From Candidatus Babeliales bacterium (lineage in GTDB: Bacteria; Babelota; Babeliae; Babelales; JACPOV01): 64,000 bases of DNA. Made by a program: the position numbers and the translations under genes. The stretch spans positions 1 through 64,000 of the forward strand of contig JBFWNW010000004.1 in assembly GCA_050250855.1 (NCBI GenBank), read 5' to 3'. Under the pieces are notes generated by a model. That model was given only the letters and a program-made list of their open reading frames with translations, was not told where the DNA came from and ran no database searches. Every line of letters starts with the position of its first letter. The stretch's first letter is position 1. This document shows, in pieces, positions 41,667 through 51,051 of this stretch.

Positions 41667-42506
41667 ATGATAAAAAATATAATACTTATTATAGGGATAA
41701 TTATTAGCTCATCAGTAGAGGGCATGGAACCTGAAGAGCTATTTCAAAAGCGCGTTGATGAAGAACAAAAAAAGAAAACAAAAAATTCGCCAAGACCAGA
41801 ACTTAATAAAAGGCTTGCTGTTTCTGAAGAAACGATACAAGCACATGATAAAAAAAGAGGGTTAACAGAAGCGTCTTTACTTTTTGTGCATCAGAAGAGA
41901 AATAGCCAGAACATTCTACCCGAAGGTCTTTCAAAAAGAAACTCTTATTATCAAGAGTATAGTCAGCTGGTGGAACTTATTAACGAAATTCCAGATGATA
42001 CTAAACGAGAAAATTTTGTTAAAACTATAATAAATAATAAGCAAGAAGAAGAGTTTGTTGCAAAAATGATCAATATTATTAACGAAAATGTGGTTGACTG
42101 TGAGATTAAATATGTAAGTCATACTGTTGATTATGAATCTGGCTGCACCATTACCGTACGAGCTATCCATAGCAAACAGCTTAAAAAAATCTTTTTAACC
42201 TTAAATGAACTTTATAAGCAGGAACAAGAAAAAGTATCTCTAGAAAATAAGCCAAAAAAAGGATCGTTCCTTAATATTTTTAGTTGGTCATTTTCAGAAA
42301 AAAAATCAGAAAAAGTGCCTGAGTCTGTTTTCAAAGAAAAAGAATTTAAAAAATTTGATACATGCCAAGACAATATTCTTTTTGAGCTTGCAACAAAGGG
42401 CTGCTATTTTGATGGCAGAACGCATTATACTCTTGATGAAATATTTAAGTTTAGCAAAGAAATTTCACCATACTCAGAAAGCTCACAGAATTTGTTTGGT
42501 GAATAA
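41667..42506 (+). CDS. hypothetical secreted protein
   Basis: Signal ending VEG-ME. Confidence 0.7.
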   Translation: MIKNIILIIGIIISSSVEGMEPEELFQKRVDEEQKKKTKNSPRPELNKRLAVSEETIQAHDKKRGLTEASLLFVHQKRNSQNILPEGLSKRNSYYQEYSQLVELINEIPDDTKRENFVKTIINNKQEEEFVAKMINIINENVVDCEIKYVSHTVDYESGCTITVRAIHSKQLKKIFLTLNELYKQEQEKVSLENKPKKGSFLNIFSWSFSEKKSEKVPESVFKEKEFKKFDTCQDNILFELATKGCYFDGRTHYTLDEIFKFSKEISPYSESSQNLFGE

Positions 42507-42551
42507 TTTTGAAACTGAACGAAAATTCTATTTAAGAGTATGTATTTATTT

Positions 42552-42697
42552 CGTTCGTTCGTGGTGAGGGTTTTTCGTAGAAAAACGTCTCGAACCATAC
42601 GAACTCAAAATTAAAATATAATTTTTTATTTTTTGGTAAGTTGTCGTTATGGTTCGAGACGCAAACTAAAATAAGTTTGCTCCTCACCACGAACGGG
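42552..42697. repeat. inverted pair of family C palindromes
   Basis: cgttcgtggtgagg..cgtctcgaaccatacgaac / tatggttcgagacg..cctcaccacgaacg between convergent genes. Confidence 0.8.
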
Positions 42698-42704
42698 ATT
42701 GAAA

Positions 42705-43268
42705 TTAAGAATCACCCAAAGCTTTTTTAGTCAAAACGCGCATAATTCCTTGAGCAAACAGTTCTGCAGCTTTGGGACCTACGGCCGTTACTACAAGGCC
42801 ATCAGTGCAAATATCATGGCCCTTTGCATACTCTACGCCATTTCCTTTAAAAATAGTTTCTAATGCCAAATCATCATCCCAGCCCGTTGCCTTTTTGCCA
42901 GCAAGAGCATTTGCTTTTGCAAGAATGCGTGGTGCAATGCAAATAGCGCCATAAGGAATAGCATGTTTTTTTGCTTCAGATGCAATTTTGTAACTTATTG
43001 AATTATCAAGACAATCCATAGCACCAGGGCCGCCAATAAAAAATACGCCATCATAATCTGTTGGCTTAAGTTTATCAAGCGTACTATCAACGAGAGTGGT
43101 GGATTGATCAGATGCTACAGCACCACCGGGTTTATCACTTGCCGTAATAACCTTAATACCGTAACTTTCTAAAATTTTTTTGGGAACACCATATTCAATG
43201 GGTTGGTAGCCGTTTGATGCAATAATAAATACAACTTTTTTACCTTTGAGGTATTCTTTATGTTCCAT
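42705..43268 (-). CDS. DJ-1/PfpI family protein
   Basis: GYQPIE, FFIGGPGA, GAICIAP, GKKAT motifs. Confidence 0.92.
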   Translation of the reverse strand: MEHKEYLKGKKVVFIIASNGYQPIEYGVPKKILESYGIKVITASDKPGGAVASDQSTTLVDSTLDKLKPTDYDGVFFIGGPGAMDCLDNSISYKIASEAKKHAIPYGAICIAPRILAKANALAGKKATGWDDDLALETIFKGNGVEYAKGHDICTDGLVVTAVGPKAAELFAQGIMRVLTKKALGDS

Positions 43269-43289
43269 AGATTTTCCTTTTTTTTATAG

Positions 43290-43336
43290 TTTCATTTTAG
43301 CAGAATAAAAATTAATGTCCTGCTTGTCTACCTGGG
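43290..43336. repeat. 47-bp perfect direct repeat, copy 1
   Basis: tttcattttagcagaataaaaattaatgtcctgcttgtctacctggg, identical to 44421-44467. Confidence 0.95.
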
Positions 43337-43431
43337 ACAACCGGTCTCATTAGAAGTATTTTTTAATTGACATTATTACCTGGTATAGTACCATATTGTA
43401 ATATATGTTTTATAGTTTAAGGTGATTCTAC

Positions 43432-44400
43432 ATGAAAATAAAGCTATCTGTTGCGCTATTCTTTGCGTCTATTTGTAATCCTGTTTTTTCTTGGTGGCCT
43501 TTTGGCTCCTCAGGTAGTAGTTATGAGATTATTATCAATGGCAAAAGATATAGTAGTGAAAATAGTTGTTTTTCTAGCCAATTGACTGAAAAAGAGACTA
43601 GGACTGAGTCCGCATCAAATATTAAGAATCTTGATGCTAAGACTTCATCGGGAAAGATTGATGTTGTTGGCCAACCGTATATATCTGATGCAATAATTGA
43701 TATGGTTTTTAAAGCATCTCAAAAAGAAGAGATTGAACGCATGAAGAAAGCAGTTATTATTCAAAATAAAAACAATACGCTTTTTGTTAAAGATAATATA
43801 CCGCCCGATTGTTTTAGTTGTTCTATTGATTTTAATGTAAAAGTACCACAGCAAATTAATATTGATGCTTCTGCAGCTTCAGGTAATATTTCGGTTAAGG
43901 CTGTAACGGGTTTTCTTAAGTTTTTAACAGCAAGTGGAGATGTTACTACTAAGCATATAGGTGGTGGTATACAAGGAAAAACAAAGAGTGGCAATATTTA
44001 TGCCGAAAATATAAAAGGTGATGCAAATCTTAAAAGTTCTAGTGGTAAAATCTTTGCTGGTTTTGTTCAGGGAAATCTTTTTGCTACGAATTCTTCAGGA
44101 TCTATAAAAGCCCAAGATATTAAAAAGAACATTAGAACAGAAACAACTTCAGGTGATATTAAGGCTACAAACATAGGTGGCAATGCTGAATGCGCTAGCT
44201 CTAGTGGGAGTATTTTTATGGATGCTGTTAGAGGATCGCTTTGGGCGCGAGCTATTTCTGGAAGTATTAATGCTTCTAAGGTAAGAGATAGCTATGATTT
44301 CAAAACAACTTCAGGAAATATTTTTATTCAAAAGCATCCAGAGTTTAAAGGAGCTTTTCAACTAGCAAAAACAGTTTCAGGAAGAGTAAAATATAAATAA
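43432..44400 (+). CDS. secreted DUF4097/adhesin-like beta-strand repeat protein
   Basis: Repeated T.SG.I motifs; signal peptide; upstream TTGACA at 43367. Confidence 0.85.
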   Translation: MKIKLSVALFFASICNPVFSWWPFGSSGSSYEIIINGKRYSSENSCFSSQLTEKETRTESASNIKNLDAKTSSGKIDVVGQPYISDAIIDMVFKASQKEEIERMKKAVIIQNKNNTLFVKDNIPPDCFSCSIDFNVKVPQQINIDASAASGNISVKAVTGFLKFLTASGDVTTKHIGGGIQGKTKSGNIYAENIKGDANLKSSSGKIFAGFVQGNLFATNSSGSIKAQDIKKNIRTETTSGDIKATNIGGNAECASSSGSIFMDAVRGSLWARAISGSINASKVRDSYDFKTTSGNIFIQKHPEFKGAFQLAKTVSGRVKYK

Positions 44401-44414
44401 AAATATTTAATTAA

Positions 44415-45374
44415 TCATTTTTTCATTTTAGCAGAATAAAAATTAATGTCCTGCTTGTCTACCTGGGTTTGTATATGTAAAGCTGGAAAGGTAATATCTT
44501 GGTATGCCAATCTTTTTTCTAAAGGCGTAATAGTGATAGCAGAGCCAATCTGTTTTTTATAGATTCCTAGTCTGTGTAATGTTATATTTTTTTGTTCCAC
44601 AATTTTTTTTACCTGGCCATATGCGCGGTACAGCTTTTTGCTGCCATTGCCTTGCCAAGAAATCAGATAAAGATTTTTTACCTGCAGATGCATACACAAA
44701 GCGCATACCGCCTCAAAAGTAAGAATACTAGGCTGTGCAATAATAACATGCTCCAAGCAGATAGAGCCGAATTTTTTATGGAGTGTTGGTGCCAGTGTAT
44801 ATTCAATCCATGAAGGTGTTGATGCATAATGGCCAAGATAGCCAGGATCAATAAATACTAATCCATCTTCCTTTTTCATAACAGTAACCGTGCCGCGATT
44901 GCACGGTAGTTCAAGATAAGCTGAGCTTTCTTGCAGCCATGCTAAATATCCTATAAACAAATACAGCAATAATAAAAAGCTCCAGATTGCACGAACCATG
45001 CTTTTAGTATAATGCAGAATAAAAAATGCGCTTGCGACAAGCAATAGAAGTACTAACAAAGAAGGTTGCTTTAAACTAATGAGCCATCCTTGTGTATGAA
45101 ATGCTAAAAGAGAGCGCCAGCTATGCACAAGGTATTCAAGAAGATATACAAGCCAACTATTTGGCAGATGCAAAAGTTCTGCAAAAAAAAGCAATGAAGA
45201 GAGTAACAAAAATGCCATCAATAGCGGTGTGAAAATAAGATTAGCAAGAGGGCTCATCACCGATAACGGCAAGCCCCAACATATAAGAATAGGCAAAGAC
45301 CCCAGAGTAATAAAAAGCTGTACGTATAAAAAACGGATAAGGTAATGGTATAAAGCAGCGCTTTTTATGTTCAT
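44415..45374 (-). CDS. ComEC/Rec2-like membrane protein (partial competence domain)
   Basis: LPIL..LSVMSPLANLIFTPL TM pattern followed by a degenerate beta-lactamase-like region. Confidence 0.6.
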   Translation of the reverse strand: MNIKSAALYHYLIRFLYVQLFITLGSLPILICWGLPLSVMSPLANLIFTPLLMAFLLLSSLLFFAELLHLPNSWLVYLLEYLVHSWRSLLAFHTQGWLISLKQPSLLVLLLLVASAFFILHYTKSMVRAIWSFLLLLYLFIGYLAWLQESSAYLELPCNRGTVTVMKKEDGLVFIDPGYLGHYASTPSWIEYTLAPTLHKKFGSICLEHVIIAQPSILTFEAVCALCMHLQVKNLYLISWQGNGSKKLYRAYGQVKKIVEQKNITLHRLGIYKKQIGSAITITPLEKRLAYQDITFPALHIQTQVDKQDINFYSAKMKK

Positions 45375-45621
45375 AATGCCCCAGTATAGCGGTTTTTGGT
45401 ATATTCGTCATAATTTAAAAAATAAAAAAAGAGCCTTTCAGGTTAAAAAGGCCCAAAAAACCCTTTAATTTAAGCAAAATATTGCTTTTTTAGCTTCTTT
45501 TCTGGCACTCTGGTACATGAGGATGGTACTCATGAAGTGCCCCAAGTAATGAGGTAAAAAACATCTTGGGATTGTGGGTATCATTCTCGTAAGTAAATTG
45601 TTTAAAAATAAAGGATGAACA

Positions 45622-45852
45622 ATGAAGAAATTATTAGTAATGATTATGATGATAAGTTCTGTAGCTGGTCTTAAAGCAGTATGTTTTGATGAATCAACGT
45701 GTCCTGAAGTGACAATTCAGCAACAAGAAGAAAATAAAGAAACTGCTGATACTAAAAAGCTTGACACACAAGAAGCTAAAAAGCTATCAAAGGAAAAAGA
45801 AGATGCTTTGATTGCTGAAGCGTTGATCATTGAGCAAACAAAAGAGCAGTAA
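45622..45852 (+). CDS. small hypothetical secreted protein
   Basis: AAGGA RBS, MKKLL signal peptide. Confidence 0.6.
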   Translation: MKKLLVMIMMISSVAGLKAVCFDESTCPEVTIQQQEENKETADTKKLDTQEAKKLSKEKEDALIAEALIIEQTKEQ

Positions 45853-45874
45853 AACAATTTTTAAGGAGTTTGTG

Positions 45875-46510
45875 ATGAAGAAATTAATGATGGTTATTTT
45901 TTTAAGTGCGCCATTCACTGTAGGCGCAAATGATCTTGGATCTCTGTTAGGAAAATTGACGGGAAAAATCGACCCTCAAATTACGGTAGCAGAAGGTGTT
46001 GTTTCGCTATTAGGTTCTAAGTTTCCTCAATTAAAGCCATCATTAGAAGGTTTTATGAATAATATCAAGGAAGCTGAAAAGCTAATACAAAAACAACTTA
46101 ACCAAGCAGAATTGGAAAAGTTATTTAATACGGTTAGTAACGTTCGTACTCAGTTAAAAACGTTAGCAAGTACTGTTTTGCCTCAAATAAAATTAGGTGT
46201 AAGCAGAAAGCTGACTGCAGCTCAATCAGAAGCTAAAGGACTTTTCAATCAGTTAGAGGGTATTGTTACTGATTTCTTAGTTGGAAAAGCTGAAGGTCTT
46301 TATAAAGAAGCTCTCAAAAAAGCAGGGGAACAGCAAGACCAGTTTATTGCTAAGGCTCAGTTGATTCTTGGTGCTTTGTATACGCAGCAAGATTTAGATG
46401 CAGACCTTTTACGAGGTAAAGCATTAGATTTGAGTAATAAGCTTAATAACTTTATTAAGAGTAAGCCTCAGCTGAAAGCTAAGCTCGATAAATTAATAAA
46501 AAGCTCATAA
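45875..46510 (+). CDS. hypothetical secreted helical protein
   Basis: AAGGAG RBS, MKKLMM signal ending VGA. Confidence 0.7.
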   Translation: MKKLMMVIFLSAPFTVGANDLGSLLGKLTGKIDPQITVAEGVVSLLGSKFPQLKPSLEGFMNNIKEAEKLIQKQLNQAELEKLFNTVSNVRTQLKTLASTVLPQIKLGVSRKLTAAQSEAKGLFNQLEGIVTDFLVGKAEGLYKEALKKAGEQQDQFIAKAQLILGALYTQQDLDADLLRGKALDLSNKLNNFIKSKPQLKAKLDKLIKSS

Positions 46511-46584
46511 GGAAACTCCTTTTAAGGGAGACAAGAAAAGGGGAGTTGCAATACTTCCCTTTCTTGGTTTGTAAAGGTGATGTT

Positions 46585-47283
46585 ATGATAAAAAAAATTC
46601 TACCGATAATTCTTGGAGCATATTTTTCTTTAGGTGCGAGCGATTATATCATACGTCAACCCAAAACATCTGAAAGTGTAGTAAAGGGTGTGCATGTTCA
46701 AAACATTCTTTCTGCACAAGAACTTAATAAAGCTCTTGATACAGAACATAGAGAACAGTTGAGTGCTCTTATACGAAAAATTAAAGGAAAATCTACTGCA
46801 GAGGAACGGCTTGCTGAACTGAGTAATATCGGGCGACTTTCTTTTAAATATCCAGAATATGCACACGTCGTTGATTTTTTTAAAGATATGGAACGGCACA
46901 TGTTTTATATTTCAAAAACAACGGTAAATATCTTTGATCAACTACTTCCAAGTGTGAATATTTTGCATAATGCATTTATATTACTCTCACAATTGACAAC
47001 AGGTGAGGACCAAAAAATTTTCAAAACTCTCCATAACTTTTTTGAAGTAATTTTATTTGATTTAGCATGGCAGCGTTATCGTGAAGGCTTGTATTTTCGC
47101 AATAAAGGCGACAAGCAAGAATTTATTAACTATATAACGATTGCGCAAGCACTTATTTTTCGTCTCAAAGAAACTAATCCACGCGCAGCAAAATTCTTTG
47201 CAAAACTTGATACCTATCAACCAGTTCCTTTCATAAAAGAAATTCAACATCTTGGCGGTATGGCAAAAGGTGGTGGGTTTTAA
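46585..47283 (+). CDS. hypothetical secreted protein
   Basis: MIKKIL signal ending LGA. Confidence 0.65.
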   Translation: MIKKILPIILGAYFSLGASDYIIRQPKTSESVVKGVHVQNILSAQELNKALDTEHREQLSALIRKIKGKSTAEERLAELSNIGRLSFKYPEYAHVVDFFKDMERHMFYISKTTVNIFDQLLPSVNILHNAFILLSQLTTGEDQKIFKTLHNFFEVILFDLAWQRYREGLYFRNKGDKQEFINYITIAQALIFRLKETNPRAAKFFAKLDTYQPVPFIKEIQHLGGMAKGGGF

Positions 47284-47364
47284 ATCCCAATTTTTTATTG
47301 TTCTTTTTTTCTAAAAATTTTATGGTTATAAAGGTGAATTTTTCAAGAAAGAAAGATAAGCAAA

Positions 47365-47592
47365 ATGCATAAAAAAAGGCATCTAGTTATTTTGTGCTGT
47401 ATGTTCATGCAGATAGTATGCATGCAAGATGGTGGACAAAAAGTACCAAAGAATAGTGCACCAGCACAAAATCCTCCTGTCTCTAAACTTTCCCTCTATT
47501 ATGCAAATAAAGTAGGTAATGATGGGACGGTGCTACACTTTGTTGGTTCTAAAAAAGCGTGTTTTCAATTCTTAAAACAAAAAAAATCCTGA
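47365..47592 (+). CDS. small hypothetical secreted protein
   Basis: Signal ending IVC-MQD. Confidence 0.5.
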   Translation: MHKKRHLVILCCMFMQIVCMQDGGQKVPKNSAPAQNPPVSKLSLYYANKVGNDGTVLHFVGSKKACFQFLKQKKS

Positions 47593-47606
47593 AAAGAAGA
47601 TAAAGT

Positions 47607-49466
47607 ATGAATAATGCATTAGTAGACTTTTTAAATCATAAAGCTTATGCAATGCGTGTTTCTTCTTTACAGATGACAACGCATGCAGGATCTGGGCACC
47701 CAACATCAGCGCTATCAGCAGCTGATATTATGGCGGTGCTCTTTTTTTATACCATGCAGTATGATCCAAAAAATCATGATAATCCAAATAATGATCGTTT
47801 TATCCTTTCAAAAGGTCATGCATCGCCAATTTTATATGCAGCGTATAAAGAGTTAGGAATTCTTTCAGAGCAAGATCTTATGACCTATCGCACATTTGGT
47901 TCTGTGCTAGAAGGCCATCCAACGCCACGTTTTTCTTACAGTCAGGCGGCAACTGGTTCTTTAGGGCAAGGACTTTCTATTGCTGCAGGAATAGCATTAT
48001 CAGCTTTTATGGATAAACGTCATTTTTATACGTATGCATTATTAGGCGATAGTGAAGTAGCCGAAGGCTCCGTGTGGGAAGCAGTGGAAGTTGCAGCATA
48101 TTACAAACTTCATAACCTTGTTGCTATTCTTGATGAAAATCGTTTAGGACAAAGTACAGAAACTATAGATGGTTACGACAGTAATAAGTATGCACAAAAG
48201 TTTGAAGCATTTGGTTGGAACCCATTAATTGTTAATGGTCATAGTGTTATTGAATTAATGAATGCTTTTGACCAAGCGCAAAAAAGTAAAGACAAACCTT
48301 CCATTATTATCGCAAAAACTATTAAAGGATATGGCGTTCCAGAAGCTGAAAATAAAATGGGTTTTCATGGCAAAGCATTTTTGCACGAAGAGCTTCCTGG
48401 CATTTTAGCTGAAATGAAAAAAAAGTTTGCCTATGCTGCCAGCTATGCTGATTCTTATGCATGGCAGCCAAAATTGCCAAAAGAAGAAACAAAGAAACCA
48501 TTTAAAAAGATTTCACTATCGCTACCAACGTATAAAAAGGGTGATGAAATTCCTACGCGCAAAGCATATGGGCAAGCACTTGCTGCACTTGGTTTTGCAA
48601 GTCAAGAAGTAGTAGCTCTTGATGCTGAAGTAAAAAATTCTACGTATGCAGAAATTTTTGAAAAAGATCACCCAAAAAGATTTGTGCAATGTTTTATTGC
48701 AGAACAAAATATGATTGGCATGGCAGTTGGCATGACAACACAAGATAAAATTCCTTTTGCATCAACCTTTGGTGCTTTTATGACGCGCGCATTTGACCAA
48801 ATTCGCATGGCAGCAATTGGGCATGCACCATTGCGTTTATGCGGTTCACATGCAGGGGTCTCTATTGGCCAAGATGGGCCTTCACAAATGGCGCTTGAAG
48901 ATATTGCGATGATGCGCACCATCCCCGATTCTGTTATTTTTTATCCAGCTGATGCGGTTAGCACCTATAAATTGGTTGCTGTAATGGCCAATAATAATGA
49001 AACTATTTCCTATCTGCGCACAACGCGTGGTGCAACGCCAGTTTTGTATGACAACAATGAAGAGTTTAAAATAGGCGGTTGTAAAGTGCTGCGTCAGAGT
49101 GATCATGATACTGCTTTAGTTATTGGCGCCGGCATTACACTCCACAATGCACTTGAGGCTTATGAATGGTTAAAAAAAGAAAAGATTACGATTGCGGTTA
49201 TTGATCTTTATTCGGTAAAACCACTTGATCATGAAACAATTCTGAGCATGGCAAAAAAAGCTGGCAACTGCATCATTACCGTTGAAGATCATTATTTAGA
49301 AGGTGGTTTAGGCCAAGCCGTTACCTGTGCTTTACGCAATGAAAACATAGAAATAACCAATCTAGCTGTTCGCAAATTACCACGCTCAGGAGCGCCAGAA
49401 GAGCTTATGGCGTGGGAAGAAATTGACGCACAAGCAATTGTCCATGCTGTTAAAAAAATTTATTAA
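47607..49466 (+). CDS. tkt: transketolase (short, animal-TKT-like type)
   Basis: SGHPTS, LSKGHA, TGSLGQG, GDSE..EGSVWEA, IAEQNM, GQDGPSQMALED motifs. Confidence 0.96.
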   Translation: MNNALVDFLNHKAYAMRVSSLQMTTHAGSGHPTSALSAADIMAVLFFYTMQYDPKNHDNPNNDRFILSKGHASPILYAAYKELGILSEQDLMTYRTFGSVLEGHPTPRFSYSQAATGSLGQGLSIAAGIALSAFMDKRHFYTYALLGDSEVAEGSVWEAVEVAAYYKLHNLVAILDENRLGQSTETIDGYDSNKYAQKFEAFGWNPLIVNGHSVIELMNAFDQAQKSKDKPSIIIAKTIKGYGVPEAENKMGFHGKAFLHEELPGILAEMKKKFAYAASYADSYAWQPKLPKEETKKPFKKISLSLPTYKKGDEIPTRKAYGQALAALGFASQEVVALDAEVKNSTYAEIFEKDHPKRFVQCFIAEQNMIGMAVGMTTQDKIPFASTFGAFMTRAFDQIRMAAIGHAPLRLCGSHAGVSIGQDGPSQMALEDIAMMRTIPDSVIFYPADAVSTYKLVAVMANNNETISYLRTTRGATPVLYDNNEEFKIGGCKVLRQSDHDTALVIGAGITLHNALEAYEWLKKEKITIAVIDLYSVKPLDHETILSMAKKAGNCIITVEDHYLEGGLGQAVTCALRNENIEITNLAVRKLPRSGAPEELMAWEEIDAQAIVHAVKKIY

Positions 49467-49741
49467 TCAGAATATCCGGATTCATCATGGGAAGGATAAT
49501 CTGAATCAGGAAAACTATGAGAAGGTTTTTTGCAGCATGTATCGCATAATTCACAGCAAATTATAAGGCACAAAAATAGATTTGATGCTCCTTGTTTTTT
49601 TTGGGTAATGAGATTCGAATTTTCATTTGGACCAAGACCGTATTTAGCAGCTACTCTTGAAGTAAATTCTTTTGTGTCAGATTCCATGGCAAAAGAGTTA
49701 GTTGATGCAATTGCCAAGAGAATAATTAAATAATTTTTCAT
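49463..49741 (-). CDS. small secreted 'KYG' Cys-rich protein
   Basis: SFA-MES; RVAAKYG; CCELCDTCC. Confidence 0.6.
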   Translation of the reverse strand: MKNYLIILLAIASTNSFAMESDTKEFTSRVAAKYGLGPNENSNLITQKKQGASNLFLCLIICCELCDTCCKKPSHSFPDSDYPSHDESGYSD

Positions 49742-49831
49742 AGTGCAAATTAATCCTTACGAAGATGACATATTTTTTATTTTGAAAAGATGATTATAAC
49801 ATATAGATTGGTATTGTATATAGTATTTTTT

Positions 49832-50671
49832 TTACGATAATAGTTCTTCAAGCTGCTTTTTATTATTTTGAGATATAAATGTTGCGCGGCTCAGTAAATC
49901 CTTAGCAGTTTCGCCGTAGTTATTTTTTAATGTTTTTTGTGCACCATGGTTTAATAATGCTTGTATTATATCAACCACATTTTTTTGTGTATGCACCGTT
50001 GCTTTTTGTACAACATACATTAACGGCGTGTAACCCTTATGATTTTGTATATTGCAATCTGCACCCCATGCAAGAAGCTGGTCGGTAGCTTCTTTATGCA
50101 CACCCCATACGGCCCAATGTAAAGCTGTTTGTTTATTCTTATCTTGTTGATTAATAAGACATTTTTTTGTACCAAAAAGAAGTTTCATGATTTCAAGCTT
50201 ACCAGCTCCAGAGGCCCATTGAAAAGGTGTTTTTTCTTCATTATCTTTCAATTCGGGATTTGCACCGTTATCAAGAAGAAGCTGTGCCATACCAGTATGT
50301 CCTTTGTAACTTGCCCATGCAAGAGGAGTTTGTCCTTTGTTATTACGTGCATTTATTTGTACTTTTGGTTGTTTCAACAAGAGGGTAACAATATTAAAAT
50401 GATTATTGCCTGCGCTCCAATGCAAAGCGGTTTCGCCATTTTTATCAGTGCTATTTAAACAAGAAGGATTGGCTTCAAGTTTTTGGTTGACGGTGTCAAA
50501 ATCTCCATGGCCAGCGGCCCATTGAATAGAAATGTCATTAGATTTTTTATTAGGTGTTTGAAATGTTACTTTTGGTTTTTGGGGTTTTTTCTTTTTTGTT
50601 TCATCCATAGGCTGCGCTGTTTGAGCTGCAGTAAGGATGAAAAGAAAACCATAGCATAGTAAATTTTTCAT
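49832..50671 (-). CDS. secreted ankyrin-repeat protein
   Basis: Multiple G.T(A/P)LHWA..G ankyrin repeats; signal peptide. Confidence 0.93.
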   Translation of the reverse strand: MKNLLCYGFLFILTAAQTAQPMDETKKKKPQKPKVTFQTPNKKSNDISIQWAAGHGDFDTVNQKLEANPSCLNSTDKNGETALHWSAGNNHFNIVTLLLKQPKVQINARNNKGQTPLAWASYKGHTGMAQLLLDNGANPELKDNEEKTPFQWASGAGKLEIMKLLFGTKKCLINQQDKNKQTALHWAVWGVHKEATDQLLAWGADCNIQNHKGYTPLMYVVQKATVHTQKNVVDIIQALLNHGAQKTLKNNYGETAKDLLSRATFISQNNKKQLEELLS

Positions 50672-50703
50672 AAATGCTTCCTTTTACGTATAGTGTTTGT
50701 ATA

Positions 50704-50926
50704 AGAGCTTATCCATAAATTCAAAAAAATGATATTTTGTGTTCGTACCCTTCGACCCATTCGACAAGCTCAGGGCAGGCTCCCCTCGAATTGCCTTTAG
50801 TCCCGAGCAGCTGCAAAGCTGACGAGGGGTCAGGGCGAACGGAATAAAAAAAGCATTTATATTAAAACCGTTCGTGCTGAGTTTATCGAAGCATTCGAAC
50901 GTCAATTAATAATTTATGGATAAGCT
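50704..50926. mobile_element. MITE-like family A element with terminal inverted repeats and nested inserts
   Basis: agcttatccataaatt ... aatttatggataagct enclose the family A hairpins. Confidence 0.7.
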
Positions 50927-50973
50927 ATAAGTATAGCATAACATTTTATGTATGCATGATTCAAAAAAGAAAA

Positions 50974-51010
50974 AATAATGGATAGGCAGTTATTCTGCCT
51001 ATCCATTATT
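50974..51010. terminator. perfect palindromic terminator
   Basis: aataatggataggcag-ttatt-ctgcctatccattatt. Confidence 0.8.
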
Positions 51011-51051
51011 TGAATTATTTGTTTAGAGATAAAAGATTTAAAAGTTCTGTT
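51009..51051. repeat. 43-bp direct repeat of the ankyrin gene 3' end
   Basis: Matches 51894-51936 with 2 mismatches. Confidence 0.9.

Noticed and set aside
50684..50905. 73-aa ORF, and similar short ORFs at 31600, 57620, 57778, 58029 and 58037
   Set aside because: They are translations of palindromic repeats or structured non-coding DNA.
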